Origin: Hydrolagus affinis
Taxonomy: Eukaryota
NCBI GenBank assembly: GCA_012026655.1
Contig: JAAILG010000225.1
Coordinates: 62,001 to 123,272, forward strand
Reading direction: 5' to 3'
DNA: 61,272 bases
Shown here: positions 37,147 through 51,133 of the stretch, in pieces
Layout: the number at the start of each line of letters is the position of its first letter
Numbering within the stretch: position 1 is the first letter of the stretch
Translations under genes and position numbers: made by a program
Notes under the pieces: generated by a model
What the model was told of the DNA's origin: nothing
Database searches by the model: none
Seen by the model: only the letters and a program-made list of their open reading frames with translations

Positions 37147-40100
37147 GTAACGCTGTTTTTTACCTCGGTGGGTGGGGTGGGTGGGGATTATTGGCATCAA
37201 TGGCTCTTCTGCATTTAGGAGTTAGATACGGTTGTTTGTGTTGTTGGATTAATTGTTCTGGCCTGCACTCTCTACATCGCAGTCGACTGGAAGAATGTTT
37301 TTCTCCACCCCCCCACCCCCATCCCCCCCATTTCTTTCTCCCAGTGACAACTTGTATTTATTTAATGCACCTCACACAATGTAGTGTCCCAGAACGCTCA
37401 ACAGTGGCGGAACACAACACCATCACCTTGCAGCCAGCTCAACCCCAAAGAAACTCCCGATTAACCCCCTCCCCCATGTTAATCACCAGTTAACCTATTC
37501 TATGAATAAAATCTTTGTCAGGTTAAACAGCGGTAATAAATCTCATAATACTTGGACCTGATATAGCAACTTATTGCATCAAAACGTCAGTGTTTCAAAT
37601 AGTTGCTTTGACATCTTGTGGCTTTCTATGTAAAGACTTATGTAAACAACATCCCATAAAGAAATGACCAGATAATCTGTTTAGTGTTGAATTTAGCTAA
37701 GAGAGTGTCTTGGCCTGGGGATTCAAGATTGTGCCGTGTGATCTTTAACGCCAGCTTGGGAATCAAAACCGGGTCCATTTGGTTGCAACCGGGTCCATTC
37801 GAGTGCTCTAACCACTATGCTACCGGACTCTGCAATCCGCCAATCGACCAAAATGGGAGAATAGGAGCAGAGCAGCCAGGAGTGGAGGGGGCTAGGAAGA
37901 AAATTGTCGAGAGGGGTAAAATAAAATACAGATTGCAATGTCGGTTTTTCAAAGCCAAAAAATCAGGAATGCGTCCATGGCACTTTAATTCAAAGTGGAT
38001 GTAGGTCTCATTTGTTCTCTCCCTCGGCACAGCACATTCTGCAATCCTTAATTATGCAAACCTATCAACAGTGAGGACCGTGTTTCTCATCCAACACTTC
38101 CCCATCTCGGGTTTGCATTTTAACTGGTTCTGTAAGATGTTTTGTGTTAATGGCCCATTACGTATTCCCCAGGATTTCAAAATATCTGCATCATAGTGAC
38201 TTAATCAAGGCAATTATCATGGAAATATAATTGAATTATTCATGAGCTAAATTAACTGGATTATGATCGGAGCACCAGGTCAGCTTTATTAGTAGAGATA
38301 GTAATAAAACTGTTCCCGTGACTTTCCTCGGGGGAGTGAAACTCCAGCAGTTATTGGCTCAGTAAACTGGGAAATGTGTTGTAACAGCTAGGGCTGAGTT
38401 TTAGCACATTGCCGGCACTCCCAAATTAAACTGCTTTCCTGCCCCGATCCTGTGTTTTCCTTTTATAATTTGTCTATGTTTTAAAGGTTCATTAAAGCCA
38501 TCGCTGCAGTATCTGTTCTGTGCCATTTCCAGCTTCATTGAATCAGTTGGTGTCCTACAAGAGACCATTGCTTTCATTCTGCTTGTGTTCTGCTTTATTT
38601 GCTGTCTCTATATGAAGACCAGTGAAATTTTAACTACGTGTTTCCTAATCCATGAGGGCGCATATTAAGTGGAGCTGCCCTCAATAGGTGGAGTGAACAG
38701 CTGGGAAATGGGAATAATGAGAGTCCATTGAAGGAGGGGAAGGATAAGTCCTTGGCATTCTTTGCTTGTGCACATTCGATATGGCCTTCGGTGTTCAGAC
38801 TACCAGCCATTGATGTGTAAGTGCTCTGTGGTTTGGATTTCAATGGCTTAGTGTGATCTGGCCTCTGAACTGTAACCATAGCAGCTGCGAAACCTGAAAC
38901 CACTGCACAATGTGCGTAAAACACATGGTCACTCCACTTTACAGTGTGTACCTGTGAAGCGCTTTGGGACATCTTCCCCACATCAAAGATGCTATGCCAA
39001 ATGTAAGGATTTTTATTTCATTCAGAAAGAGTGTGTCACATCCTGTCTGAAAATGGGGGAGACGGGGAAGGAGTAAAGTGGTCAGAGTCATTGTTCAGGG
39101 TAGTGCCTTAAGGTGCCTAAGAGGAGACCTCCTTAAGCCCAGATCGGGAAGATCAGATGCTGCACTTGAAGTTTGGGTTGAAGCAATGAAAAGAAAAGCA
39201 GAGAGGACGAGAGTGAGAGTGTTCCTCATCGTGACCACATGTTTGACTTGACTTCCATCCAAGACTCAAATTTATTTTCTCCTGGAAGACACTGAATGCA
39301 GACTAGACGTCAATTCTCAAAGCGCTTCACAGTACTTCACTCAGAAGTGCAGTGACTGTATTTCCTGGAGAACACAGCAGTCAATTTGTCCACATCACTG
39401 CCATAAAGTGAGTGACCAATTTTATTTTGGGTGGCGGGGAGGCATTGTTGGCCAAGGAGAAACTCTTCTCAACTTGAGCCATGGGAACTTTAATGTGCAG
39501 CTGAACAGCCAGACAAGGCCTCACTTTAACAACCCATCTGAAGGACTTAACATCTGTTGTAAGGCATCTGGACATTTTGCAGGTCACATTTTAGGCTAGG
39601 TTTGATGACATGTTTCATTCAGTGTCTTATTGTAACATTTCCCGTGAGAACAGTGGCGGGAAGGTGTGTTAATGAAACTTTTCAGCACACAATTTGCCTC
39701 TAATAGCCACTTCCTGAGGTGTGAGCCAGGCTGTGATCAGACATCGTAATTCTCAGTGAGTCCGTTTGATCAGCACAGTATCTTCATGGTCCCTAGATTA
39801 TTAAATTATGTATTATTAATACAAATTTATTCTTCAGCCTTTTGTTCTATATCAGGATTGCCTTGTAACTTTTAGTTTTGAAAGGAAACGATATTAAATT
39901 AAATGCTTGTGTTTTTATTAGTAACCTATCTCTTTGACCGCATTTATGGTCGCCTTCCGATCTCCCATCGTTCAGAGTCCAACCTGCTGCTGAACAGCAT
40001 TCTCAAAATGTTATCCTCCAGGCTCCTATTACCCCCTGGTACAAAACCGTGTTGTCAGCCTACAGAGAAGCTGCAACAAGCTGTCAGAGATGCATTTCGC

Positions 40101-42016
40101 CTCCTCACTCCGTGTTATAGAAGATGTCGCAGTGAACATGGCAACGGAACATTATCTGCCATGAAAACGATGGCACTCAATCACACTGATCCTCTGGATG
40201 TCTAAATACACTTAAACGCTTATACTCAATACGGCTATTTACTTCTAAATACAGTTATCATCATTCTTTCATGTTTTTCAGTTGTTGGGCAATGCACTAT
40301 CTATCTATATATGTATGTATCAAATGCAAGGATTATTATTATAATATAGATATATATTTTAAGTTAGGGTAACTGGTCTTTGTGGACATCCTGTACCTGA
40401 CCAGTCTTACATAAAAAATGCAAGAAATGCGGATAATAATCCCACCCCCCCAAAAAAAATAATAATAATTTGTTTCACTGAATCCACGACTGTTTGTGGG
40501 ACACTGCTATGTGCAATTGACTGCTGCATTTCAACCACAAAATAGTCAATTGATTTTTCAGTATATTCTGTGAAGCGTTTTGAATGGCACAATAAGGCCC
40601 TATATCAAATGCAAATATTATTATTATGATGATGATTATAAATGCAAGTCGTTGTTTGCTTGGATTAGTTTCATTCATGTGTTGACTATTTTTTGAAAAA
40701 CTATGTACTGATTTAATCGTACAAGCTCTTGCTGGGGCGAAGAGGTAAATAAAGAGATAAGCACACAAAACCTCCACTGCTGGAATCCACTAAGACTTCA
40801 CCGCAGGGTCAGAGAGCGCTTTGTGGAACAGAGTTTCAGCTTGTTCTGCCCAGTCTCCCCAGTGGCTGAGATGATGTCTGTGTGAACCTGTAAAAGTAAA
40901 ATAAAGAGGACAGCGTTCCTCTCCATCAGCAAGTGCACTTAAAATATTTAAAGCTTTTCGATACAGCACGGTGAGGTCAGGCATGAATACCTGCATTGAA
41001 GGACAGCTATGAGCTGAGCTGGGTACTGTGTTTGTCACCAAGAATGACATGAGTTTGCAAAAGCTGCCAACCAAAGTTTTAATACTTCATTCAATCATCG
41101 AGAGGAAAGAGAGAAAGGGGACTGGCTAAAAAATATATAAAAATAATGAGATGATTTATTTGAGAGAAATCTCTTAACCCACAAAATACAGTCTGTGCAA
41201 TTTCCAATATATTCTGCGAAACACTTTTGAGACGTCTGAATGACTTGAGAGGCGCTATATCAAATGCGAGGATTATTATTGTTGTTACTGTATCCCGTGT
41301 GTGCTCAGTTTCTCGTTCCATGAGAAACCGCTTTATGGATGAAAAGGCGTTATCGTTGTTGCATCAGTCTTGCATTGGGAGCATCAAAGAAAATATCCGT
41401 TTGCAACACGATTGCAATCGCCAGACACAGCTTTAGAGTTGGGAACAAAGTTGTTGCACGAGATCACGAGAGAGGCTGGGCTGAAGACGGCCTTCCCGAT
41501 AACTGGTTCCAGCTGTTGATTTGCCTCTGTAGAAAGAAATCCTTCCTGTTGCTTTGTCGACCCATGATTCCGAGCTCATTTTGGGCAGTTGCCTGGGTTT
41601 ATGTGAAAGTGTTGTCTGGGTACACTTTCCCTATCAATCCACCCATTATTCACCTCCATGATGTCCACCCCGAGATATCTCTTTTTGAGGATGATCCCTA
41701 TTTACTAAGTTGTGTACAATGATTTTTCATGCAAGGAGTAAAGAAGCACTTATGGGATAAATGGTTTATTTCAAACAAACCACCTCTGATGCACAGTATC
41801 CCATTACCCCAGCTTTGTCAGCAATACACCTTTTCTCTCTTCCTCCTGTGATTAAATGAAGTACAATTCAATTTAAACACAACTATTTGTGGGACTGCTG
41901 TGCACAATTGGCTGCCGTGATTTGGCAGCAAAATACACAATATAACACTACAAACTACGCTTTAGTGTATTCTATGAAGTGCTTTGAGAAGGTTTCAATA
42001 ACATGATAACGTGCTA

Positions 42017-42836
42017 CCGTATATCTCCACGTATAAGGCGCACTCACGTATAAGGCGCACCCCCCACTTTTGACCTATTCTTGGTGAAAAAAAACGGAAG
42101 CATTTTCGATGATATTGCCGGCAGAAGGGAGGAGAGACAGGAGAGACAGGCAGGGAGGGAGAGAGAGAGGCAGGCAGGCAGGGAGGGAGGCACGCAGCCA
42201 GGCAGCCGGGGAGGGAGAGAGAAATACAGTAAACAGGAGGGGCGGCCGGCGCGATGGTTAGTGTCCGGCGGGGGTTGGTTAGTGTCTGGCGGGGGTTGGG
42301 AGGAGCGGGTGACGGGGCTTCGGCCTCGGCCGCCCGGGCAGCGGCAGCAGCAGCGGACTTCAGTGCTGTGCCTGCTGCCTGCCTTCTGTTTGCTGCAGGC
42401 AGGGAGGGAGGGACGGAGGCAGGCAGGGAGGGAGAGAGGCAGGCAGGGAGAGAGAGAGAGAGAGGCACGCAGGCAGGCAGGGAGATAGAGAGGCACGCAG
42501 GCAGGCAGGGAGAGAGAGAGGCAGGCAGACAGGGAGAGAGAGCGGCAGGGAGGGAGGCAGGCAGACTGGGTTAGGCAGAAGGCAGGCAGCAGGCTCAGCA
42601 CTGAAGTCCGCTGCTGCTGCCGCTGACCGGGCGGCCAAGGCCGAAGCCACATCACCCGCTCCCCCCAACCCCTGCCGGACACTGACCAAACCCCGGCTGA
42701 CAGCGCGCCAGCCGCCCCTCCTGTTTACTGTATTTCCGAGGCTCAACATTTCTTGTATCTGCGTATAGGGCGCACCCCCAACTTTCGAGATCTTCCGACG
42801 TGAAAAAAAGTGCGCCTTATACGCGGAGATATACGG
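42017..42836. mobile_element. Non-autonomous Tc1/mariner-pogo element with a GC-rich internal inverted repeat, nested in a SINE tail
   Basis: Near-perfect TIRs CCGTATATCTCCACGTATAAGGCGCAC / GTGCGCCTTATACGCGGAGATATACGG; TA TSD; subterminal repeats cgtata(a/g)ggcgcaccccc. Confidence 0.9.
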
Positions 42837-43589
42837 TATATTAAATGGAAAGTTTATTATTATCAGCAAACTTCTTGGTGACTTGATGATTCGATGATTT
42901 GATGGTAGTGTTTGCTATATTGCCAGGGAGTTTCTGTAATAGCGGATTGTCTGCGTAGGAGAAACAAACCAGTTTCCATCCAGATCCACTCTCATCCATA
43001 CCTACCTGTACACCCCAGCTTCCACCCCCAGCTCTGGTGCTCAGCCATAAGTGGTTTCAGATGCCTTCCAGGCGTGAAAGGCAGTTACGTAATCATAATC
43101 CTTTTTTTTTACCAGTCATTGTGTTGTTTCTGTGCGAGTCCTCCGCTGCCGCCTCTTGGCTGCTCTCATACCTGTTCTCCTGGGAGTCTGCCTTACAGTG
43201 TCTCCCCAGCTGGGAGATTGTGTTGGCAAACCAGACTCACTCCTTGTCCTGCTAGCTTTCCCGTCTCTTCAGCGCAACTTTAAAACACTGTGTAATTCGC
43301 TTGGGTGGCAGACCTCAGTACGAGGATTCAGACGTACTTACAATGGAACTTCCTCTCCTCAGCTTTCCTGTTCACGCACTGGGACCCATCTGTGCCCTAC
43401 TTCAAAATTTGGATGACAGCTTCTGTTGGTGGAAACCACTCAAGTATCCACACAGCCTCTAAAATTAAGTAAAATCCAGCACCAGGCGAATTTGACGCAG
43501 CAGAAATTCATTTAAATTGACCTTCAGTGATGCTCGCTGACAGTGAGGCACAGCCTGACTGCTTGTAATCTGGGAAGTGTTAGTTTAGT

Positions 43590-44040
43590 TAGTTTAGCTC
43601 ATTGGGAGGCGCTGTCTTCTCTGGGTCGAAAGGTTGTGGGTTGCAGCCGCACCAGGCCTTCAACACCTAATCCAGGCTGACACTCCAGAGCCATACCTAC
43701 GCCATTAATGCAGGTGTTCAAAGTACAATCTTAGACAAGACCTAAACCTAAGACCATGTCTGCCTGTTTTATGGGTGAAATTGAAGGATTAAAGCAGGCC
43801 CGTTTTCCTCTCTCACTCTTATTCACTACACAATAGATTAATTGGTCATTTATCACATTGGTATGTGTGGAATGTTACTGGTGCAGATTAGCTGTTTCAT
43901 TACAGTTCCTAGGTGCTTTATCACTATGATAATGGAATTTTCCCCATTGCAAAACAAGTGCTATTTTCGGATAACCTCAGGGTGTGAAGCTCTGTGAGAT
44001 GTTCCTGCATAATAAAGCGCTTAATGAAATCCAAGTATTT
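43590..44040 (+). mobile_element. Old diverged tRNA-derived Deu-SINE of a different family; minus-strand relatives near 39300-39545, 44740-45110 and 47820-48190
   Basis: Degenerate tRNA head (tttagctcattgggagg...aggttgtgggttgcag), ttggtcatttatcacattg..tgtgtggaat core and L2-like tail. Confidence 0.55.
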
Positions 44041-44357
44041 TTGCTAGATTGCAAAGGAAATACTTGTATGTCTGTGTATAATATTAAACAAGCAATTATC
44101 ATATACAGTATCTGCTTTGTCTACAGTAAGCAACTTTTTTGTCCAAACTTTTATAGAAATTAGGCAATGAACCTGGGCAGTCATTGTGCGCACAGCAAAG
44201 CTCCCCACAAACAACCATGAAGTGAGTGACCAATTTTATGTGAAAGATTATTGGCCAGCAGAAACTCCCTTCTGTTTTTAATAATAACCCTGGCATTTGA
44301 TATACAGTAGCGCCATTGAGACACCTCAAAGTGTTTCACAGGATATACTTTACAGTA

Positions 44358-44722
44358 TATCCTCCTCACTCTTGTTTTCAAATCCCTCTACTCCTCTGCA
44401 CCCCCACCCTACCTCTCTGACCTCGTCTCTCTTCACATTAGCACCCGTTGCCTTCATTCTGCTTGTCTCCTCCTTGTCCCCCGAATCGTCCGTTCCACCA
44501 TTGGCAGCCACGCCTTCAGCCACTATGCCCCGAGGCTCTGGAACTCCCTTCCTCACTCCCTTCTCCTTGCCCCCTCTTTTCCCATTTTCAGGGCACAGCT
44601 GAAGACTTTTCTTTTTCACTGCACGTTTGGTCACCTCCCCCCACCACCACCCCACCCCGGCTCCAGGATCTGTTGTTGTGACGCGTGGGGAGTGCTATAT
44701 AAATCCAAGTTGTTGTTGTTGT
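44358..44722 (+). mobile_element. L2 LINE 3' fragment with (TTG)n tail, nested in a minus-strand SINE
   Basis: cttgttttcaaatccct...gccttcagccactatgccccgaggctctggaactccct...gctatataaatccaagttgttgttg. Confidence 0.75.
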
Positions 44723-46443
44723 TAAAGTGGGGTAACAATTTTGTGGCTGAAACACAGCAGCCAGTTGCGCATAGCAATATCCCACACACACGGTGACCTT
44801 ATTTTTTATTTGGGGGGATTGTTGGCCAGGACTCGGGGAGAAACTCCATCCTCATTTCAAATAGTGCCATGGGATATTTAACGTTCACCTGAACTGGCAG
44901 ACGGAGCATCTGTTTAATGTCTCACCCGAAGGATGGGTTTTCAATAGTGTGATGAGATCTTTAACGTCCAGTTGAAAAGGGAGACAAGATCTCGTTTCAC
45001 ATCTCATTCGAAAGACTGCATTCAACTCTTGACAATGCAATGCTCCCCAGGACTTGCATGGAATATCAGCCTATGTCCCTATGTGGTGCTTGAACCCACA
45101 GTCAGCTTTTACGGAAGGGAAAGCGACAAATATTGAATTTAAAAAATTCAAAGCGAAAGAAATCAGTGCAGTAGCCCAGTCGTTTCCAATCTCAACAGAC
45201 TTGACATTGTGTTCAGGTCCCATCTGTTTGTGTTTCGTATTACAGGGTGTGTTTCCCAGGGTAACAATCAGCGCGGGCGGCTCTATACCACTGTGTCACT
45301 GAGGTGGGCGATTGTGTCCTCCAGTCTCTCGGGACTCCATTCTTATCGACCTTGAAAGCTGTTGGGATCAGTTTCCCTTTTCTGTTTTCGATGGTAATCC
45401 CCATTATCAGGTGCGGTGATAATGCGATACGTATGAGATCCGTGTAGCAGAATCCCCTTTCTCCAGACTGGGCCCACCACTAATATGTGACACCCCTGCT
45501 CTATTTGTGAGAGCACTCGGTATTCTCTCACACACGCACCTTAAAAGAAATGCATGCAACTTTTCCTAAGCTTTCCTTTTTCCTAAGCTGTTTCCATGTT
45601 CTTCCTCCTGAATGCCATGTTTTGAGCCATTTATTTGCATTGCTACGTGCGCTATGAAGCTGTCCACTTCTCGCCAAAGTGAAGCAATCTTCAAGCGTGA
45701 GCATGGACATGGGGTATCAATGGGCTGTTTGCCCAGCATGGGAGATGAGGGGAGTACGAGACGATTCTTTCCTTACCAAACATACCAAATGTCCTAGCGA
45801 CCATCAGAGTCCGTGTGTAGAAGTCTGAGCAGAAACTGATTTCAGAAGGGGCATGATACAAAATGGAATATTCACGTTCTGTACAGTCTAGCACTGGCTT
45901 CAAGACATTTTTCATAGAATGCGCTAACATTTTTGACCAAACGCAACTACAAATCAACCTACTGCGAACTATAAGAGATGCTGTAGGAGTGCTTGTTCCT
46001 TGCTAAGGTCCAGTGCACAGTGTCTTGGAGAGATGATGCAGATTGACACTTGTGAATGGAAACAAGTAATTCCCAACCTTGGTTAATGGAAGCTCGATGT
46101 GGAAGTTATATGCATCGCCATGTCTCTGCTTTTTAGATGACTTTTAATCATGAGATATGCTTTGTGCTGAGAATTAATGTCTGATATAATCGGTGTTAGC
46201 AATCTGGACCTGCCACAACTGATCGTGGCGTAGTGGTACTATGCACTTATATAAATATATCTAAAATAAATATCTTGAAAGCACTGGTCTGCCATATCAA
46301 TCTCGCTTTATTTTCCTGAATCTAAATGGCAAGTTAAACTCATTCAACCAGAATAAGTGGAATCAGCCCATTGTACAATAATCGCTTGCCACCTTTTGCC
46401 TCTAAATTGTACATCTACAAAATTAATTATTTAATTATTCAGT

Positions 46444-46711
46444 TAGAGACCTGGGTTTGATTCCAGGCAGGGCAAAACCTTGGGAAAGTTTCCTTACTCC
46501 ACGTGCCTGAAAATAATCCCTCGCAAAAAAAGCAATAATAAATGGGTCATTTCAATCCACGATGGTTTGTGGGACACTGCTGTGTGCAATTGGCTGCCAC
46601 GTTTCACCCACAAATACACCGCCAATTCACTTTACAGTATATCCTGTGAGGCACTTTCAGACGTCTAGAAGACATGAAATGCGCTATATCAAATGCAAGG
46701 ATTATTATTAT
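46444..46711 (+). mobile_element. Deu-SINE, partial head
   Basis: agagacctgggtttgattccaggcaggg through to the (att)n tail. Confidence 0.82.
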
Positions 46712-47368
46712 AATATCAGTATCTTTTCAATGCACCGTATCTGTAGCCGCGGGTGAAATGTCTGGGTGTGAAGACCTCTGAGACTGTCACCTGCCAGATA
46801 TAGTTACTGGAATTAACCTTTTAGACCTGGCATCACAAAAGACACTTAATACTGTTAAGTTTCACAAAATGTGTTTCTCCTTCACTTAAGGTTTCTTCTG
46901 TGCTCAGAAACTGTTCCCACGGTTGCTCTTGCCCCCGGGGATAAAGCAGATATCTTCACCTGCAAATATACTCTGTGTCTAAAGGCATGAAACTGAACTC
47001 TCTGGACTTTCTTTCTGGCCAGCTCCACCCTGTCTGAGATACAATTTTTGAGGTTAACCCACCATGAGCAGTCTAAATTTCTTTCCCATTGTTGGCTTCA
47101 ATTAGGGAAACATACTTTGCAGATAATATTCAGTTGGATTGTTGGTTTATTTGTTTTAAAACTTGCACTTAGTCTCCGTGTCAAAATGAAATCCATGAAT
47201 TATCTTACCAATGGAAGACAACAAAATAGATACGAAAGTATCCGACTATCGTATCCTGTAGAATTGTTTTTAAAAATATCAATTTACTGCCCTATATCAT
47301 ACATTTGTGTCTACTCTTGGATATTGTTTAGCATCTAGGTTGTTACTTAACCCGATCACTATAGATTG

Positions 47369-47580
47369 AACATAGGAACATAAGAATTAGGAGCAGGAGT
47401 AGGCCATTCGGCCCCTTGATCCTGCCCCGCCATTCAATAAGATCATGTCTGATCTTCTAATCTAACTCCACCTACCCACCTTATCCTCATATCCCTTAAT
47501 CCCTTCATCCACAAGAAATCTATCAATCTCAGTCTTGAATACGTTCAAGAAAGAATACCCTTTGGGGTAGAGAATTCCAT
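47369..47580 (-). mobile_element. CR1 3' end fragment, second family
   Basis: aacataagaattaggagcaggagtaggccattcggcccc...; homologous to 54063-54282. Confidence 0.75.
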
Positions 47581-49511
47581 AAATAAGTTTTGAAATGAGT
47601 TTTCTTTGGTTCAGCAGCAGAAAGACTCAGTTCATGCTATGGGCAAGGTTGTGGGGTGTGTGTAGAGGTAATTATTAAGTGGAAGGTAAGAAGGTCATAA
47701 CTAAGGTTATAGCCAAGTTTCACCTGGTTGTTGATTCACTAGATATGAATGGAGGGAGAGCAGAGAGGACAATGAATTAATGACTTGCTGTCCACACAGA
47801 AGGAATAGCCATAATCTTGATTATTAATCATTGCATTTGATATGGCAGCTGTCATCTTGGGAAGCGCTTCACAGGATTTACTATAATGTGTAGTGACCGT
47901 GTACTGTAATAGGTGTTTTGTTGGTGACCGTGGAGGCCAATTTGCACAAAACAATGTCCCACAAGCATTCACAGTGTGAGTGACCAATTTCTCCTGGGAG
48001 GATAGTTTGCCACGACACAAGGAGAAACTCCCTTCTCTTTTTGATTTGTGACATGGGATCTTTAATGATCACCCGAATAGGCTGGGGTTCTCGGAGAAGA
48101 CACCTCTGACAATGCAACACTTCCCTAGCACTGCCCAGGAGTGTCAGTCTAGACAGAGTTCAAAGTCCCAACCTGGGGCTTGAAGTCACAACATAATAAA
48201 TAATTTGGGGGAATGAAATTGTTCCTGATTTTGTGTAGTGACTTCTCTGGCTGCTCAATGGTAAAATCCCATTCCGAGACAAAATTGTCATCATAGCTGC
48301 CAGAGGAATTTCTCACCGACAGTGTGTAAACCAAGAATAAAGCCTCCAATCATTTTGTTGAGGGATGGGGGGCAACTACTTTATCTCCAAATGTCTTTCT
48401 GCACATTTTTGTAAATGAATGGTTGTCATTTGTGAACAATTTACGAAATAGTTTGTAAGCCAGAGGATCAGCTTAACAGTGAGACTATGTTTTCTTCATG
48501 AAACATTAATGACAATTGATTTTTGAAAGATCCCTGCGGACTTTTCAATTAGCTCGTCAGTTCTACAAATGACAAGCTATTTACTGTCGAGGGTTTGTGT
48601 GCCTGTTTGGGTCCTATGCAGAAAGACTGAGTGCCCTTTTCAGATGATTAAATACCTAAAACCTATTTAATGGAAAGAAACTTTTCTCCTGGTGACCTGG
48701 CCAAAATCCCAAATAAAATTGCTCGGTCCCTATAGCTATTTGTGGGACTTTGCTGTGTTCAAATTGGTCACCTTGTTTCCCTGCAACATAACACAGTCAC
48801 TTCCATTTTACAGTGTATCCTGGTAATGGGCTTTGAGATGTCCCTCTGGACTGTAGTATTATTTTCTCATAGATCCAGACAACATTATTAACCAATTTGC
48901 TCCACCGATCTTCTCCTTTTCTCTCTTCTGAAGTGTTTTGGCTCCTTACACTGACGTACAGTCTTCAGTACTTGCCTATTATTATTATTATTATTATTAT
49001 TGTTGTTCATGGGAGTTTGGTCAGTGAGTTTCAGCAGACTGTCCAACTGCGAATTGACACTCATGATTGATACCAACCCTATCCAGGCCATGCGTCTGTG
49101 CAGTGACTTGATAAGGCGCTGTATCAAATACACTTGCACTTACATTTGCAACAAATTCCTCCCCCACCTCCCCTCAAACACAGGTAACTGCACGATGAGA
49201 ACCGATCGTAATGAACCTGAACATGTTCCAAATGTGGCAAGGCTCTATTGCCAGATTAATGCCTTAATCAGTACTTTAAATTCAAGTTACAAGACAAATG
49301 ACTTGTTAATGGATTTATTGTCCTGGAGCCAGGATGTGAAGGTTTACAATTCTATGCCGTGGATCAATAGAGAAACGCTATCATTTGTTTTGATGATCCA
49401 AAGATATTAATGTTGTAGCCCATTTTGTGCGATGGATGATCGATACCTTTGTTAACACAAGTCTTAAGCAAAGGTCATTGTTCAGCGGAATGTGTGTTGA
49501 TGTTTTCCCAG

Positions 49512-49642
49512 AGCACTCAAACTACTTTGGAGTCGATGAGAACCTGGGTCCAGTGGCAGTGAGCGTTCGCCGGGAAAAGCTGGAGGATAGTAAAGAACAC
49601 GGACCTCAGTACAACCACCGAGTCATCCTCAGGACCAGTGAG
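49512..49642 (+). CDS. SIPA1L1: SIPA1L1 coding exon 2 ([23 protein letters not shown]...RTSE)
   Basis: ttttcccag acceptor, GAG|gttagg donor; 131 nt; phase 1 to 0, in frame with the previous exon. Confidence 0.95.
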
Positions 49643-50944
49643 GTTAGGACATTTGATTTACTAATGAATTTGTATGAAATGTGTAGACAGACACTTAGTC
49701 CTACAACTGCAACTTGCATTTATGCATAATTTCCACCCCCCCGCAAGATGGCATCTTGGATCGCTTAAAGTGCATAGTATTTATCTTAAAGAAAACTATA
49801 CATATTTATCAAGCACTTTACAACGCTTTGGGAGGAAACCCTCAATGCTAGACAAACCAATGTTTGCACTTAAGCTGGCGATAACTAATAAGAATTAAAT
49901 AATAATTTATGAAAACACAATAACATATTTTGAACATCCACGAGTGTTTGTGGAAATGATGTTTGTGTTTATTAGGATCTGCTCTTGCTCCTGTCTTTTT
50001 ATATCGATGGTAAGATAAAATATGTGTAGAATTCTTGTTCATAGAGGTGGTGGTAAGATCCATTCTATTTTCCTGAATTAAGAGCGCAGCTCATAGTCAT
50101 CCGTTCCCTCCCACCCCCTTCCATTTCACCCACAAATGTACAGTCAATTCACTTTACAGTATATACTGTGAAGCACTTTCAGACATCTAGAAGACGTGAA
50201 AAGCACTATATCGAATGCAAGGATTATTATCATACCTTAAACTGAACAGCCACAGTGTGACCAAGAGGAGCTTCTGCACCACACGACTGCTTCTGAAGCA
50301 GCAATCCTTGAGCAAAAGGCTGGAGAAGTCACAGCAGGATAATCATTTGTTCCGTAACATGTAATGACGATATTTACCCTGTTTGCTGTAAGCACCAGGT
50401 GTCATTTCAGAGCATAGTAAGGCTCCACTTTACTATTCTGTACACGGCAAGTGTCCGCTACCCCCCCCCCTCCACGCCAACTCCACCTCCTCTTGTTAAT
50501 TGCCCACACTGCTTTCTCTAATTACCTGAGAAAATTCAGAATTCTGAAAACTTCATACATTTCTTCTCCTCTCCTTTCATCTCTCTTTCTCTCTCCAGTG
50601 AAAAATATTGCAACAGGGTTCCTACTCCTGGACCTCAAACCTCCGACTGTGCCCCAATCCTAACCCTAACATCATGCATAAATTTAGCTATTATGTCCCT
50701 GTTCTTGTATTCAATAGCCATGTACATAAAACTTATACAACAACTTGCATTTATATAATGCATGCGTGTTGCTTTCTCTCTCTCTCGCTCTCTCTGTCAA
50801 CCTAAATTATAATGTTTTAGGTTTAGTTAGCAAATCTCTCTTTAGTCCTTGTAGGATTCAGTCTAGTGTTACTACATGAATGTAAGAGTGTATGGTTCAT
50901 GTATTTTCTGGTGCTGAGTTGAAATCCCCATGTTATTTTTCCAG

Positions 50945-51133
50945 CTGACTACTTTACGAGGCTCCGTGTTGGAAGATGCGGTTCCATCGACGGCAAAACA
51001 TGGCACAGCCAGAGGGATCCCAACAAAGGAAGTACTTGAATTCATCATACCAGAGCTCAGTGTTCATTGCCTTAGGCTGGGTCTGAACACCCCTAAAGTC
51101 ACCGATCAGCTTATGAAACTGGACGAACAAGGG
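50945..51133 (+). CDS. SIPA1L1: SIPA1L1 coding exon 3 ([15 protein letters not shown]...MKLDEQG)
   Basis: ttttccag acceptor, GGG|gtgagt donor; 189 nt; phase 0 to 0. Confidence 0.95.

Noticed and set aside
41995-42869. Overlapping ORFs of 106-212 aa
   Set aside because: Low-complexity translations of the GC-rich microsatellite and inverted repeat inside a non-autonomous transposon; no transposase motifs.
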